Shown here: piece by piece, positions 1 through 8,664 of the stretch
Layout: each line of letters begins with the position of its first letter
How positions within the stretch are numbered: the stretch's first letter is position 1
Source of the DNA: a virus
Direction: 5' to 3' (one strand)
DNA: 64,000 nt
Virus record (IMG/VR): IMGVR_UViG_3300045999_007288
Span: 10,049-74,048 of that record
The notes under the pieces: generated by a model
Seen by the model: the letters and a program-made list of their open reading frames with translations, nothing else
Databases searched by the model: none
Told to the model about the DNA's origin: nothing
Program-made: the position numbers and the translations under genes

Positions 1-8
1 AAAAACTT

Positions 9-218
9 ATGGTATATCTTAAAGATGGCACTATGGTCACCGTGGATATTAAAAGACTGCTGGCTGAAGGTGCAGATCCTGACGAAATAGAACAACATGT
101 TTCCAACAGACTCGATGAATTAGATTTATATATAGACAACGTAGATTTTTTTGTAGACATCGATCTAGTAGAAAAAACAGTACAACCAGAAACAGACAGG
201 CTATTATCTAAACTATGA
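9..218 (+). CDS. Hypothetical phage protein, probably 5'-truncated by the window edge
   Basis: Frame is open upstream to the window edge (AAA CTT ATG). Acidic protein. Stop overlaps the DHFR start (ATGA). Confidence 0.6.
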   Translation: MVYLKDGTMVTVDIKRLLAEGADPDEIEQHVSNRLDELDLYIDNVDFFVDIDLVEKTVQPETDRLLSKL

Positions 219-718
219 TCAAGGCAATTTTTGCTGTAGATCACTGGGGAGGAATGGGGTTTAATGGATCATTGCCGTGGCCCCACCATCTCGAAGATTT
301 ACAATATTTCAAAGAACAAACCATGGGAGACATTGTCGTCATGGGAAGAAAAACTTGGGACGACCCTAAGATGCCTAAGCCGTTGCCTGGCAGGATAAAT
401 TATGTAGCAACAAACAAACCTATTTTTGGTTACGGTATTACTACTATTCGCGGGGACCTTCAGGAAAACATTCGTAAAATTCAAAACGCATATCCAACAA
501 AAACAGTTTGGATTATCGGCGGGCCTGATATTTTAATGGAAACACGAGATCTAGTAGATCAAGTTCATATTACCCATTTCAAAGGTCAATTTAAAACTGA
601 TCGACAAATTGATTTACGAAAATATTTGAGTTTATTCAGAGCTACCAGTGCTGCCACTAGTTTAGATAAAAAATGCAGTTGGATGACTTATAAAAACATT
701 GACATATTTCGTCAATAA
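215..718 (+). CDS. folA: Dihydrofolate reductase
   Basis: DHFR motifs AVD..GGMG.NGSLPW, DLQYFK, VVMGRKTW, PLPGRINYV, WIIGG. Adjacent to thymidylate synthase. Confidence 0.95.
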   Translation: MIKAIFAVDHWGGMGFNGSLPWPHHLEDLQYFKEQTMGDIVVMGRKTWDDPKMPKPLPGRINYVATNKPIFGYGITTIRGDLQENIRKIQNAYPTKTVWIIGGPDILMETRDLVDQVHITHFKGQFKTDRQIDLRKYLSLFRATSAATSLDKKCSWMTYKNIDIFRQ

Positions 719-727
719 AATTATACT
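699..727 (+). promoter_or_regulatory. Sigma70-type promoter for thyA
   Basis: TTGACA (699-704), 17 nt spacer, TATACT (722-727). ATG is at 734. Confidence 0.75.
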
Positions 728-733
728 TAATGC

Positions 734-1639
734 ATGGAACAACAATACTTAGATGCATTAAAATATGTGCTAGAAAATGGCACTAACAAATCCGATCGCA
801 CCGGTACCGGCACTATTAGCGTATTTGGTATGCAACAACGCTACAACTTACAACACGGATTCCCTGCCGTAACAACTAAGAAGCTCGCATGGAAATCTGT
901 GGTATCAGAATTGCTGTGGTTCATTGAAGGGTCGGGGGACGAAAATCGTTTGCGAGAGATTCTACATGGTAGCAAACACACAGAAAAAACAACCATCTGG
1001 TCTGCCAATGCCACAGCACCTTATTGGACTAATAGATATAAAAAGTTTCCCCTGCGAGGGCCGCAATTTGAAGGCGACTTAGGTCGTGTATATGGCGTAC
1101 AGTGGCGACATTGGCGCACCAGTGAAAAAAAATTAAATGATAATAACAACGATATTGTTAACGTTGAAGTAGATCAACTTTCAGAATTAATTAAGGGAAT
1201 AAAAGCAGACCCTCACGGACGAAGACATATATTATCTGCATGGAATCCAGGTGAATTACAAGACATGGCCTTGCCACCGTGCCACTGCTTTGCTCAATTT
1301 TATGTAGCAGATGGTAAACTAAGTTGCCAGATGTATCAAAGAAGTTGTGACATGTTTTTAGGTGTTCCCTTCAACATCGCGAGCTACAGTTTGTTAACAC
1401 ATCTAGTGGCTCAAGTGTGCAATTTGGATGTTGGAGAGTTTGTTCACGTGCTGGGAGATGCACACATATATCTAAATCATGTAGAGCAGGTAAAAGAACA
1501 ATTATCACGTGAACCATTGCCTGCCCCACAATTGTGGTTAAATCCAGACATCAATGATATCGATAAATTTACCATGGCCGATATTCAATTAGACAACTAT
1601 CAAAGTCATGGTGCTATCAAAGCAGATATGGCTGTATGA
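734..1639 (+). CDS. thyA: Thymidylate synthase (ThyA type)
   Basis: DRTGTGT, ELLWF, YGVQWR, RRHILSAWNP, catalytic LPPCH, YQRSCDMFLGVPFNIASY, GDAHIY. Confidence 0.98.
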   Translation: MEQQYLDALKYVLENGTNKSDRTGTGTISVFGMQQRYNLQHGFPAVTTKKLAWKSVVSELLWFIEGSGDENRLREILHGSKHTEKTTIWSANATAPYWTNRYKKFPLRGPQFEGDLGRVYGVQWRHWRTSEKKLNDNNNDIVNVEVDQLSELIKGIKADPHGRRHILSAWNPGELQDMALPPCHCFAQFYVADGKLSCQMYQRSCDMFLGVPFNIASYSLLTHLVAQVCNLDVGEFVHVLGDAHIYLNHVEQVKEQLSREPLPAPQLWLNPDINDIDKFTMADIQLDNYQSHGAIKADMAV

Positions 1640-1878
1640 AAGTAAAAGTACACGAGTTTACTATGAGTGACGTAGATGATTTTGCAATCTACGTTGCTGA
1701 ACCTTTGTACAATTGGGAAAAGAGTGAACAAGGACAGTGGGTCATGGCCAATGCCGCGGATAAACCTTCATGGCATTCAGGTTGGGACCATGTCACTTTT
1801 CAAAACAAAGTAACTATAATTGCAGATTTGGAAGAAAAAGATCTAACATATTTTACATTGAAATGGGGTATTAAATGA
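1636..1878 (+). CDS. Hypothetical phage protein
   Basis: ATGA-coupled to the genes on both sides. No recognisable motif. Confidence 0.75.
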   Translation: MKVKVHEFTMSDVDDFAIYVAEPLYNWEKSEQGQWVMANAADKPSWHSGWDHVTFQNKVTIIADLEEKDLTYFTLKWGIK

Positions 1879-2843
1879 GATTCATAGTAACCGGCGGTGC
1901 AGGATTTATCGGACATAATGTAGTAAGACAATTAGAACAGTTGGGCCACGAATGTTTTATCATTGACAGTGCCACCGATTATGGGTTTGTGCCTAAAGAC
2001 GAACTGGCTTATTTGTTTAAGGCTCGACGAAATAGAATTCGTAGTTCTATTCATCATTTAGACATCAGAGATCATTCTAGCTTAGAAACATTTTTTAAAA
2101 CTTTTGGACATACCTGCGATGCTGTTATTCATTTGGCAAGTTTTCCTAGACAAAAAGTAGTCAATCAAAATCCAATTTGGGGCAGTGAAGTAATGAGTAC
2201 TTCTTTAGTAAAACTACTAGAACTAACAAAAATTAGCCGAATCCCAAAATTTGTTTATATCAGCAGCAGTATGGTGTATGGAGACTTCACTGATCAGGTA
2301 ACAGAGGACTTTAACTGTAAACCCCAAGGGCAGTATGGTATTATGAAATTAATGGGCGAATGGTTGGTTAAAGATTATTCGAGAAGAAAATGTTTTGATC
2401 ATGTCATTATTCGACCTAGTGCCGTATACGGCGAATATGATGTCGAAGATCGTGTGGTGTCTAAGTTTATGTTATCCGCGATGAGAGGACAAACCCTTAA
2501 AGTCAATGGAGCTGGAGAAACATTAGATTTCACTTACGTCGAAGATGCTGCAAGGGGTATAGTACAGGCTGTATTGAGTAGTAATGCTATTAATAAGACA
2601 TACAATATCACAAAAAGTCATAGTCATAGTCTACTAGATGCTGCAAATTTAGCAGTAAAAATTGCGGGCCGCGGGTCGATCGAATGTAAAGACAAAGATG
2701 CTGACTTTCCCTCTAGAGGTGCATTAAACATAGATGCAGCTCGCAATGATTTTGGATTTGATCCCAAGATAGATGTCGAAGAAGGATTTCGTCGATATCA
2801 TAATTGGTTTTCTGAAAGTAAATTTTGGAAGTCAAAACTATAA
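1875..2843 (+). CDS. NAD-dependent NDP-sugar epimerase/dehydratase (extended SDR)
   Basis: TGGAGFIG Rossmann motif, SSSMVYG, YGIMK (YxxxK), RPSAVYG, DFTYVED. Confidence 0.92.
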   Translation: MRFIVTGGAGFIGHNVVRQLEQLGHECFIIDSATDYGFVPKDELAYLFKARRNRIRSSIHHLDIRDHSSLETFFKTFGHTCDAVIHLASFPRQKVVNQNPIWGSEVMSTSLVKLLELTKISRIPKFVYISSSMVYGDFTDQVTEDFNCKPQGQYGIMKLMGEWLVKDYSRRKCFDHVIIRPSAVYGEYDVEDRVVSKFMLSAMRGQTLKVNGAGETLDFTYVEDAARGIVQAVLSSNAINKTYNITKSHSHSLLDAANLAVKIAGRGSIECKDKDADFPSRGALNIDAARNDFGFDPKIDVEEGFRRYHNWFSESKFWKSKL

Positions 2844-3934
2844 TTCCGTTTTTCGGAGTAAAAAGGCAATATGCCAATCTCCGAGATGAAATACTAAATG
2901 CTGTAGACGTTGTATACAGCACAGGTCAAGTATTGGACGGACATTACACTAAGGAGTTTGAAAATCAAATTGCAAAAAAATGCCATCGCCGATATGCTGT
3001 AGCGGTTAACAGTTGTAGCCAAGGTTTAATATTTGCTCAACAAGTTTTGTTCTCAGAGAATACAAAAATTCTCATTCCCACTATTAGCTTTGTATCTACA
3101 ATCAATAGTGTATTACTAAATGGCAATGAACCAGTGTTGTGTGACACGGATGATCAAGCGTTAATAAATTTAGAAAGCTTAGACTACGCTATTAAAGGGG
3201 CCGGTGTTCAAGGTATTATGTATGTTAACTTGTTTGGCAACACAGTTGACTGGGATAGGTTTAAGATGACCACAGAATTCTTTAATCAAGACTTGAAAAT
3301 TATTGAAGATGCAGCACAGAGTTTTGGCGCTAGCTATAAAGGAACACCCAGCGGAGCATTAGGTGATATCAGTGTATTAAGTTTCGACCCTACAAAAAAT
3401 TTACCCAATTACGGTAGTGGCGGTATGATACTAACAGATGATTTAGAAATAGCTACTTTTCTGAGAGACTTACGGGACAATGGTAAATCCAAAGGCCACG
3501 AAAACCCGGGCACTAACAGTAAAATGAGCGAAGCAGATTGTGCCCAAATGTTAGTTAAACTTGAATATTTTAATTCTTGGCAATCTCGTCGAACACAAAT
3601 TGCAGAATATTATAACGCCGAACTAAACGATTACGTTGACACACCTAAGACCACAGAAGGCACTATTCATGCTTGGCACAAGTATGTAATTAAGCTAAAT
3701 GATCGAAATGGATTAAAACATCATTTAGCAATTAAAGGAGTAGAAACTAAAGTACACTACGAAGCTCCACTATACGAGCATCCAGTGGGATATCCTTATA
3801 TTAACTATGCGTCAGAATTATATAGGGAAGCCAGTGCATTTTGCCAAGAGTGTTTGAGTTTACCTATATATCCAGAACTAACAGATTCTGAAGTTGAACA
3901 CATAACTGAATCAGTTAAAGAGTTCTTTAACTAG
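2825..3934 (+). CDS. DegT/DnrJ/EryC1/StrS family PLP-dependent sugar aminotransferase
   Basis: IIEDAAQSFG, SFDPTKNL (PLP lysine) with GGM, WHKYVI, LSLPIYPEL. Confidence 0.93.
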   Translation: MEVKTIIPFFGVKRQYANLRDEILNAVDVVYSTGQVLDGHYTKEFENQIAKKCHRRYAVAVNSCSQGLIFAQQVLFSENTKILIPTISFVSTINSVLLNGNEPVLCDTDDQALINLESLDYAIKGAGVQGIMYVNLFGNTVDWDRFKMTTEFFNQDLKIIEDAAQSFGASYKGTPSGALGDISVLSFDPTKNLPNYGSGGMILTDDLEIATFLRDLRDNGKSKGHENPGTNSKMSEADCAQMLVKLEYFNSWQSRRTQIAEYYNAELNDYVDTPKTTEGTIHAWHKYVIKLNDRNGLKHHLAIKGVETKVHYEAPLYEHPVGYPYINYASELYREASAFCQECLSLPIYPELTDSEVEHITESVKEFFN

Positions 3935-4796
3935 AATTTGAATTCTTCCATTTAGCCGCTAATGCAGAGACTAAGTCTCCCACAGTGGTAAATCCATTTT
4001 GTTGCATAAACTTGATAATTTTAACTGCATTGGCTCTGTCGGCACCGCTGTTAGGTTTACGTGCATTGCTTAAATCAGTATTTAGACCGCGAGTAGCTTC
4101 TTCTTTATCATAGGTATACTGTAAACCGTAACGTAAATTATCTGCTTTTTTACTTAATTGTGATTTGTTTTTTGCTTGTATTAACTCAATCCAGGGCATT
4201 AAGTAACCTTTGTGCATACTAACATATCCGCCGGTACGTTCTTGTCCCGTGAGTATCGAGATATCACCTTGTTTGCGTGTATCAAAATTACGCCATGCTG
4301 CAATGTCTGTGTAAAAATATGTAGATATATCACGACGTTTAGCTGTAATTAATGCTTGTCTTGTCCATGCTTTAACTTCTGGATCTGCGTCCGACGCACA
4401 ATACATGTGAACAGCAGTTACTCCATCGATGGATATTGTAGGGTCTTTACTGAATATCCGATCTTCTGCTTCATGGGACCTATGATGTGACTTTGATGGA
4501 TCTCTATTTTCCCAATAATCAATAGGGCGAGAAATATAATGCTTATTGAACCAGTTGCCATCTAATACAAATAAGGTTGCCTGTTGTCCTATAATATCAT
4601 GATAACCGCCGCGGCGTGATCTTGTGGTACTTAAAAAGTAAGGATAACCTTTGGGCGCATATTGTTGTTCAACGCTGCCTAATGCACTACTAAGTTGAAA
4701 TGTGCCAGAACTTAAAATGGATAAAGCTGTTTTATTATTAGTATAGTGAAATGCTATACGGCTTAAGCTTTCTGTAATAATCTCATTAATCTGCAT
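3927..4796 (-). CDS. Putative virion-packaged protein with ADP-ribosyltransferase-like motifs
   Basis: N-terminus MQINEIITE resembles cleaved T4-like internal head proteins. FHYT, LSTTRS and EAEDR occur in ART-like order. TAAATA lies just upstream. The ORF is secure; the function is inferred. Confidence 0.5.
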   Translation of the reverse strand: MQINEIITESLSRIAFHYTNNKTALSILSSGTFQLSSALGSVEQQYAPKGYPYFLSTTRSRRGGYHDIIGQQATLFVLDGNWFNKHYISRPIDYWENRDPSKSHHRSHEAEDRIFSKDPTISIDGVTAVHMYCASDADPEVKAWTRQALITAKRRDISTYFYTDIAAWRNFDTRKQGDISILTGQERTGGYVSMHKGYLMPWIELIQAKNKSQLSKKADNLRYGLQYTYDKEEATRGLNTDLSNARKPNSGADRANAVKIIKFMQQNGFTTVGDLVSALAAKWKNSNSS

Positions 4797-6467
4797 TCAG
4801 TATTTAGTGTCATAATACTGTCTGAGCCATGCCCACTCGTAGGATAACATTAGCTTATCATACTCGCCGTTTACTGTGTCGTAGTACTCTATAGCATCTT
4901 GAGCTCCAAGAATACTCCATTCACCGTAATGCCCGTTGCCCACAGTTAACCATTTTTTAAGTCTGAACTCAGTTTCAATACTGGGTTGCGTAATACTAAA
5001 ATGTTTTAACTTAATAACTTCGCGAAATGCTGTACGCCATGTGGTCCAAGCATCTTGGTCATAATGGGCAATGCCACTTAAAATGGGTACTACTTCGTGA
5101 GCTTTACTTAAAGTAAAATCTAATCCACTGTTCACAGTTTCCAGTACCAAACGTTTATTGTAAGCAATCATTGCTTGATGTCCGTAGACCAATCCATTTA
5201 CTGGATTTCGAGCATGAAAAATGTAGTGTTTTGGTTCTTGAAAGTAATCGGGTTGCCAAGACCAATCAAAATTTAGATCAATTTCTAATTTAGCAAACAC
5301 TGCAAAAAACCACGGCGTATCACTACGTTCAGCTGCGGCTTTGTATGCGGCCATACGGCCGTTTACATTTTGGACACGTTTGATTGTATTACTGAACTTT
5401 AGTACAGGAAATCCAGAGTCTTCCTGGTCCAAAACTTTACACAAATGATCATACCAACGTTCTGCTTCTGGCTCGCCATTACTAATATAGATGATGTCTA
5501 AACAGTCTTCTGTGCGTATAGATTCGCCCCTTTTTTCGACGTTTACGTAAGGATAATCGTAGATTTGCGTGCGTAAATGTGTCTTAATGTCTCGGGGTAC
5601 TACACAAATACTGTTGCTGTCTGTAAAACTTTCCACAGTCCTGTCTTTTTCAGTCCATAAGCAAATTTCACTGTTAAGTAAAATACTGGGCCGATTTGAA
5701 AATGCAGCGTAGGGGAATTTGAAGTCGTAATTACGAATCTCATCTACTAGATTATCATGATCATAGTACACTTTTGGACAGGCATATCTATAGACCTTTT
5801 GATCTTCGCAGTAGTTTATAACATTAAACCAATCTAATAATTCCAAATCAACCATTTGCTTTTTGAATGATTCCACATGAATATAAAAAGTGTCTCCGCG
5901 TTTTTGATTACCACTGGGGAAGCAATGAATCATTTCTTCTTGCCATTGAGCAGGGTGCCAAGTAAAGTCGAAATCTTTATAGTCACAGACACTGCTAATA
6001 ACCCATACATATTCGGTGGTAGCTAAATTTACTATACGTTTTAGTACGTTTAAATGGTCTGATACGTATCTAGTAGATTTAATCGAAGGATGTGTTTCTT
6101 TAAGAGCAGCAAATTGTGGTTGACTTTCGGGATTCATGAAATCCATATAGAAAATATCAGTGCTACCGGTGCGAGGAACACAGTAATCATTTATAGGACA
6201 ATGCCAGTGCCACTGATGCTCTTTTGTATTTTTTGGTATTAAATATGTGCCGCCGTTTTGTTGCCATTGGCTAGGCCAAACGTGTGTATGTTCCGCTTCA
6301 TAACTGATAGGTCTCCAATAAAAGTCAAAGTTGCTATAGTTATTATGCCCGTCTATGTACCAAAAATATTCAGTTCGGCATAGCGCATCAGCTTCTTCAA
6401 GAGATGTCGCAGGTCGTTCAAAGGCAAACAAGTTAGGCTTAGGGCCTTTGTAAAATACATCAAACAT
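4797..6467 (-). CDS. Glycosyltransferase-like protein with ~3 degenerate GT-A-like repeats
   Basis: Repeated units (CRTEYFWYID..FDFYWRP; ATTEYVWVIS..FDFTWHP; SDTPWFFAVF..FDWSWQP). C-terminal unit is paralogous to 20033..20959 (ARNPVNGLVYG vs ARNHINGLMYG; WRTAFREVIK vs WRAGFREGVK). Confidence 0.6.
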   Translation of the reverse strand: MFDVFYKGPKPNLFAFERPATSLEEADALCRTEYFWYIDGHNNYSNFDFYWRPISYEAEHTHVWPSQWQQNGGTYLIPKNTKEHQWHWHCPINDYCVPRTGSTDIFYMDFMNPESQPQFAALKETHPSIKSTRYVSDHLNVLKRIVNLATTEYVWVISSVCDYKDFDFTWHPAQWQEEMIHCFPSGNQKRGDTFYIHVESFKKQMVDLELLDWFNVINYCEDQKVYRYACPKVYYDHDNLVDEIRNYDFKFPYAAFSNRPSILLNSEICLWTEKDRTVESFTDSNSICVVPRDIKTHLRTQIYDYPYVNVEKRGESIRTEDCLDIIYISNGEPEAERWYDHLCKVLDQEDSGFPVLKFSNTIKRVQNVNGRMAAYKAAAERSDTPWFFAVFAKLEIDLNFDWSWQPDYFQEPKHYIFHARNPVNGLVYGHQAMIAYNKRLVLETVNSGLDFTLSKAHEVVPILSGIAHYDQDAWTTWRTAFREVIKLKHFSITQPSIETEFRLKKWLTVGNGHYGEWSILGAQDAIEYYDTVNGEYDKLMLSYEWAWLRQYYDTKY

Positions 6468-6906
6468 CGAGTTGTTCTACTATAACTTTACATTTGTTTA
6501 AAAATTCAACACCAGATGTATCACGATAAGCTTGCCCAAAATAAACTTTTTTTATTCCGCTTTGATAAATCAGTTTAGAGCATTCTATGCATGGTGCATG
6601 AGTAATAAACATTGTTGCTCCGTCTCCGCTTTCGCTACTTCGTGCTAATTTACTGATGGCATTCGATTCGGCGTGGAGCACTTCTGGTTTTGTTTTTAAT
6701 TCGTAGTCGCCTGTTTTATCCCAAACTTTATCTTCACAGTTGTTATCCCAACCTGCAGGCATGCCGTTATAGCCAATGCTGATAATTCTATCATCTTTAA
6801 CTACAATAGCACCAACATGCAGTCGTCGAGCATGACTGAGTTCAGCAAATATTTTTGCAGTCTGCATGTATGCTTGGATTAATTTTTTCTTCATTTTCTT
6901 AACCAA
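6460..6906 (-). CDS. cd: dCMP deaminase
   Basis: VGAIVVKD.RIISIGYNG, Zn motifs HAESNAI and PCIEC. True start is likely MKKKL at 6894. Confidence 0.95.
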   Translation of the reverse strand: MVKKMKKKLIQAYMQTAKIFAELSHARRLHVGAIVVKDDRIISIGYNGMPAGWDNNCEDKVWDKTGDYELKTKPEVLHAESNAISKLARSSESGDGATMFITHAPCIECSKLIYQSGIKKVYFGQAYRDTSGVEFLNKCKVIVEQLDV

Positions 6907-7586
6907 GAAATATTATCCCAAATATCGCCATTGGGATTAAATCTATTAGAAACTCTATTATATAAATCGATATCAGGTAACAAATATTCCATTATTTTTT
7001 CATTGGGAGAAGAATTAAATTTTTCTTTTATATCTGCTTCGAGTCTCTTTTTTAAACTAGAGGAAATATTTGACTCCTGATCAGTTGCCCAATAACTATC
7101 TATATAAATTTTATATTTTTCTAAGAGTTTTGCAATTGCCCATTTAACCCCGTCATGATTTTTTACAGGTTCCAGTGGAATCCAATCAATTTGATTACAA
7201 AATTCTTCGTAATAGTTATAAACATATCCGTATGAATGTATATCTAAGATAGGGGTACTCAAAACAAAATTTTGCAATTCAACATTTTTATAATATTCAG
7301 TTATTAGATTTTTTTGAAATAACCATTCTGCTATTGCTTTATACCGTCTAGTCAAAGGATCCGACATCAAAGTAAAAACACGACTGTTGTCCCAATTAAT
7401 TTCTGAAAACGGTATTTGTCTCCATCGACAGTTTTGATTAAAAGTGGCCGTCAAAAAACTGGATCCACATTTTAAAGTTGCAATACATGTCAATACCTCG
7501 CAGGTATACACTGCTGCTGTAGCCCCAGGCCTTCTTTCAAATTTATTGAATTCTTCAACTTCTAGAATATAAGGAGTTATGTCCAT
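6891..7586 (-). CDS. Sulfotransferase-like protein (Sulfotransfer_2-type, divergent)
   Basis: KCGSSF resembles the 5'-PSB PAPS loop. VFTLMSDPLTRRYKA resembles the 3'-PB motif (F..VRDP..R..S). C-terminal DIDLY. Lies near the APS kinase. Confidence 0.5.
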   Translation of the reverse strand: MDITPYILEVEEFNKFERRPGATAAVYTCEVLTCIATLKCGSSFLTATFNQNCRWRQIPFSEINWDNSRVFTLMSDPLTRRYKAIAEWLFQKNLITEYYKNVELQNFVLSTPILDIHSYGYVYNYYEEFCNQIDWIPLEPVKNHDGVKWAIAKLLEKYKIYIDSYWATDQESNISSSLKKRLEADIKEKFNSSPNEKIMEYLLPDIDLYNRVSNRFNPNGDIWDNISWLRK

Positions 7587-7595
7587 GATTTACAA

Positions 7596-7624
7596 ATTAT
7601 AATTAATTGACATCAAATTGTCAA
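7596..7624 (-). promoter_or_regulatory. Perfect-consensus sigma70-type promoter for the sulfotransferase-like gene
   Basis: Minus strand TTGACA (7624-7619), 17 nt spacer, TATAAT (7601-7596). ATG is at 7586. Overlaps the inverted repeat AATTGACA-N6-TGTCAATT (7605-7626). Confidence 0.85.
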
Positions 7625-7651
7625 TTATTAATTAATTGATAATAAAATATT

Positions 7652-7876
7652 TCAGTCTTTGTCTGTTACTATAACTGCAACTCGATCAACCCAGATCATT
7701 CTACCACGGCATGCTATATTCCATTTGGTTTCGCCGTGTTCGTGTGTACATTCTGTAAAAGTTTCCCCAACAATTCGAACATCTTTAGCTAAGTGTTCTA
7801 CTCCGTTTTCAAATACACGCCAGACCAATTCACTGCCATTATGTTTAGTATTAAATCTGACGTGATATTTGTTCAT
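7652..7876 (-). CDS. Hypothetical phage protein
   Basis: ATGA-coupled to the upstream kinase gene. Natural-looking beta-rich sequence. Confidence 0.7.
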   Translation of the reverse strand: MNKYHVRFNTKHNGSELVWRVFENGVEHLAKDVRIVGETFTECTHEHGETKWNIACRGRMIWVDRVAVIVTDKD

Positions 7877-8664
7877 TTAAGTCCTAGTTCTTTTCTGATT
7901 TTAGTAGCAGAAATATCAGTGATAGATTCATCAAATGTTTCTTCACCAGCAGAATATCCCACACCACGACCCCATCCAATATGCACTATGTTAGGAACTA
8001 CTTGTATTTCATATTGTCCTTGATACAATGGGTCTAAATCTCGACGGATAAATGATTTCACTTTTTCTACTTCGAAGGGATTGGACCCTTGCCAGCCTTG
8101 TACATCACGGACTTGAATTATAACTTGGCCAGTGCGCTGTAGCAGTCTTTCAAATAATGCCCTGTGACCATCGTGCCAAGGTTGCCAACGCCCTAACATT
8201 TGTACCGTTTCTTTTTTCCAATCAAATACAGGCCGTCGACGATTGTCAATAATGTGTTCAGCGATAAAATCTGCCCACTTAGCGGCATTCTGTTCATTAA
8301 TTCGAAAATCATAAACTTCGGGCTCTACAAACATTTTATTAGTATCAGCGTAACGACCTTCGCGTATAGTATCCACCCATACAGTCCAATCTGCTTTAAA
8401 ATTGTTACGCATTTCTACTAATGGTGCAACAAAATCACATAGTGCATAATCTGTATGACATGACATCGACAAATCAAACATACGTTTACTTTGGCGAATT
8501 CTGCCAGCTTCGCTGAAATCCCAATCGTCAAATTGTTTTCTTACTTCGTCTGCGTTAAACCAAGTAACTGTTTTGCCATTGTCTTCCAATAACTTTTTTA
8601 ATTCTGTTGCTAAGTAGGTTTTTCCTGCTCCAGGCAAGCCCATAATTAAAATTCGTTGTGTCAT
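7873..8664 (-). CDS. cysC: Adenylyl-sulfate-kinase-like P-loop domain fused to an HxGH nucleotidyltransferase domain
   Basis: N-terminal GLPGAGKT, NADEVR, DFSEAGR, CDFVAP (CysC-like). C-terminal GRWQPWHDGH and ISATKIR (cytidylyltransferase-like superfamily). Confidence 0.8.
   Translation of the reverse strand: MTQRILIMGLPGAGKTYLATELKKLLEDNGKTVTWFNADEVRKQFDDWDFSEAGRIRQSKRMFDLSMSCHTDYALCDFVAPLVEMRNNFKADWTVWVDTIREGRYADTNKMFVEPEVYDFRINEQNAAKWADFIAEHIIDNRRRPVFDWKKETVQMLGRWQPWHDGHRALFERLLQRTGQVIIQVRDVQGWQGSNPFEVEKVKSFIRRDLDPLYQGQYEIQVVPNIVHIGWGRGVGYSAGEETFDESITDISATKIRKELGLK

Noticed and set aside
734-1639. Thymidylate synthase as a dCMP hydroxymethylase for T4-style DNA hypermodification
   Set aside because: It keeps the dUMP-specifying Asn (VPFNIASY) and full ThyA motifs, and is accompanied by DHFR and dCMP deaminase. 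This fits ordinary dTMP synthesis.
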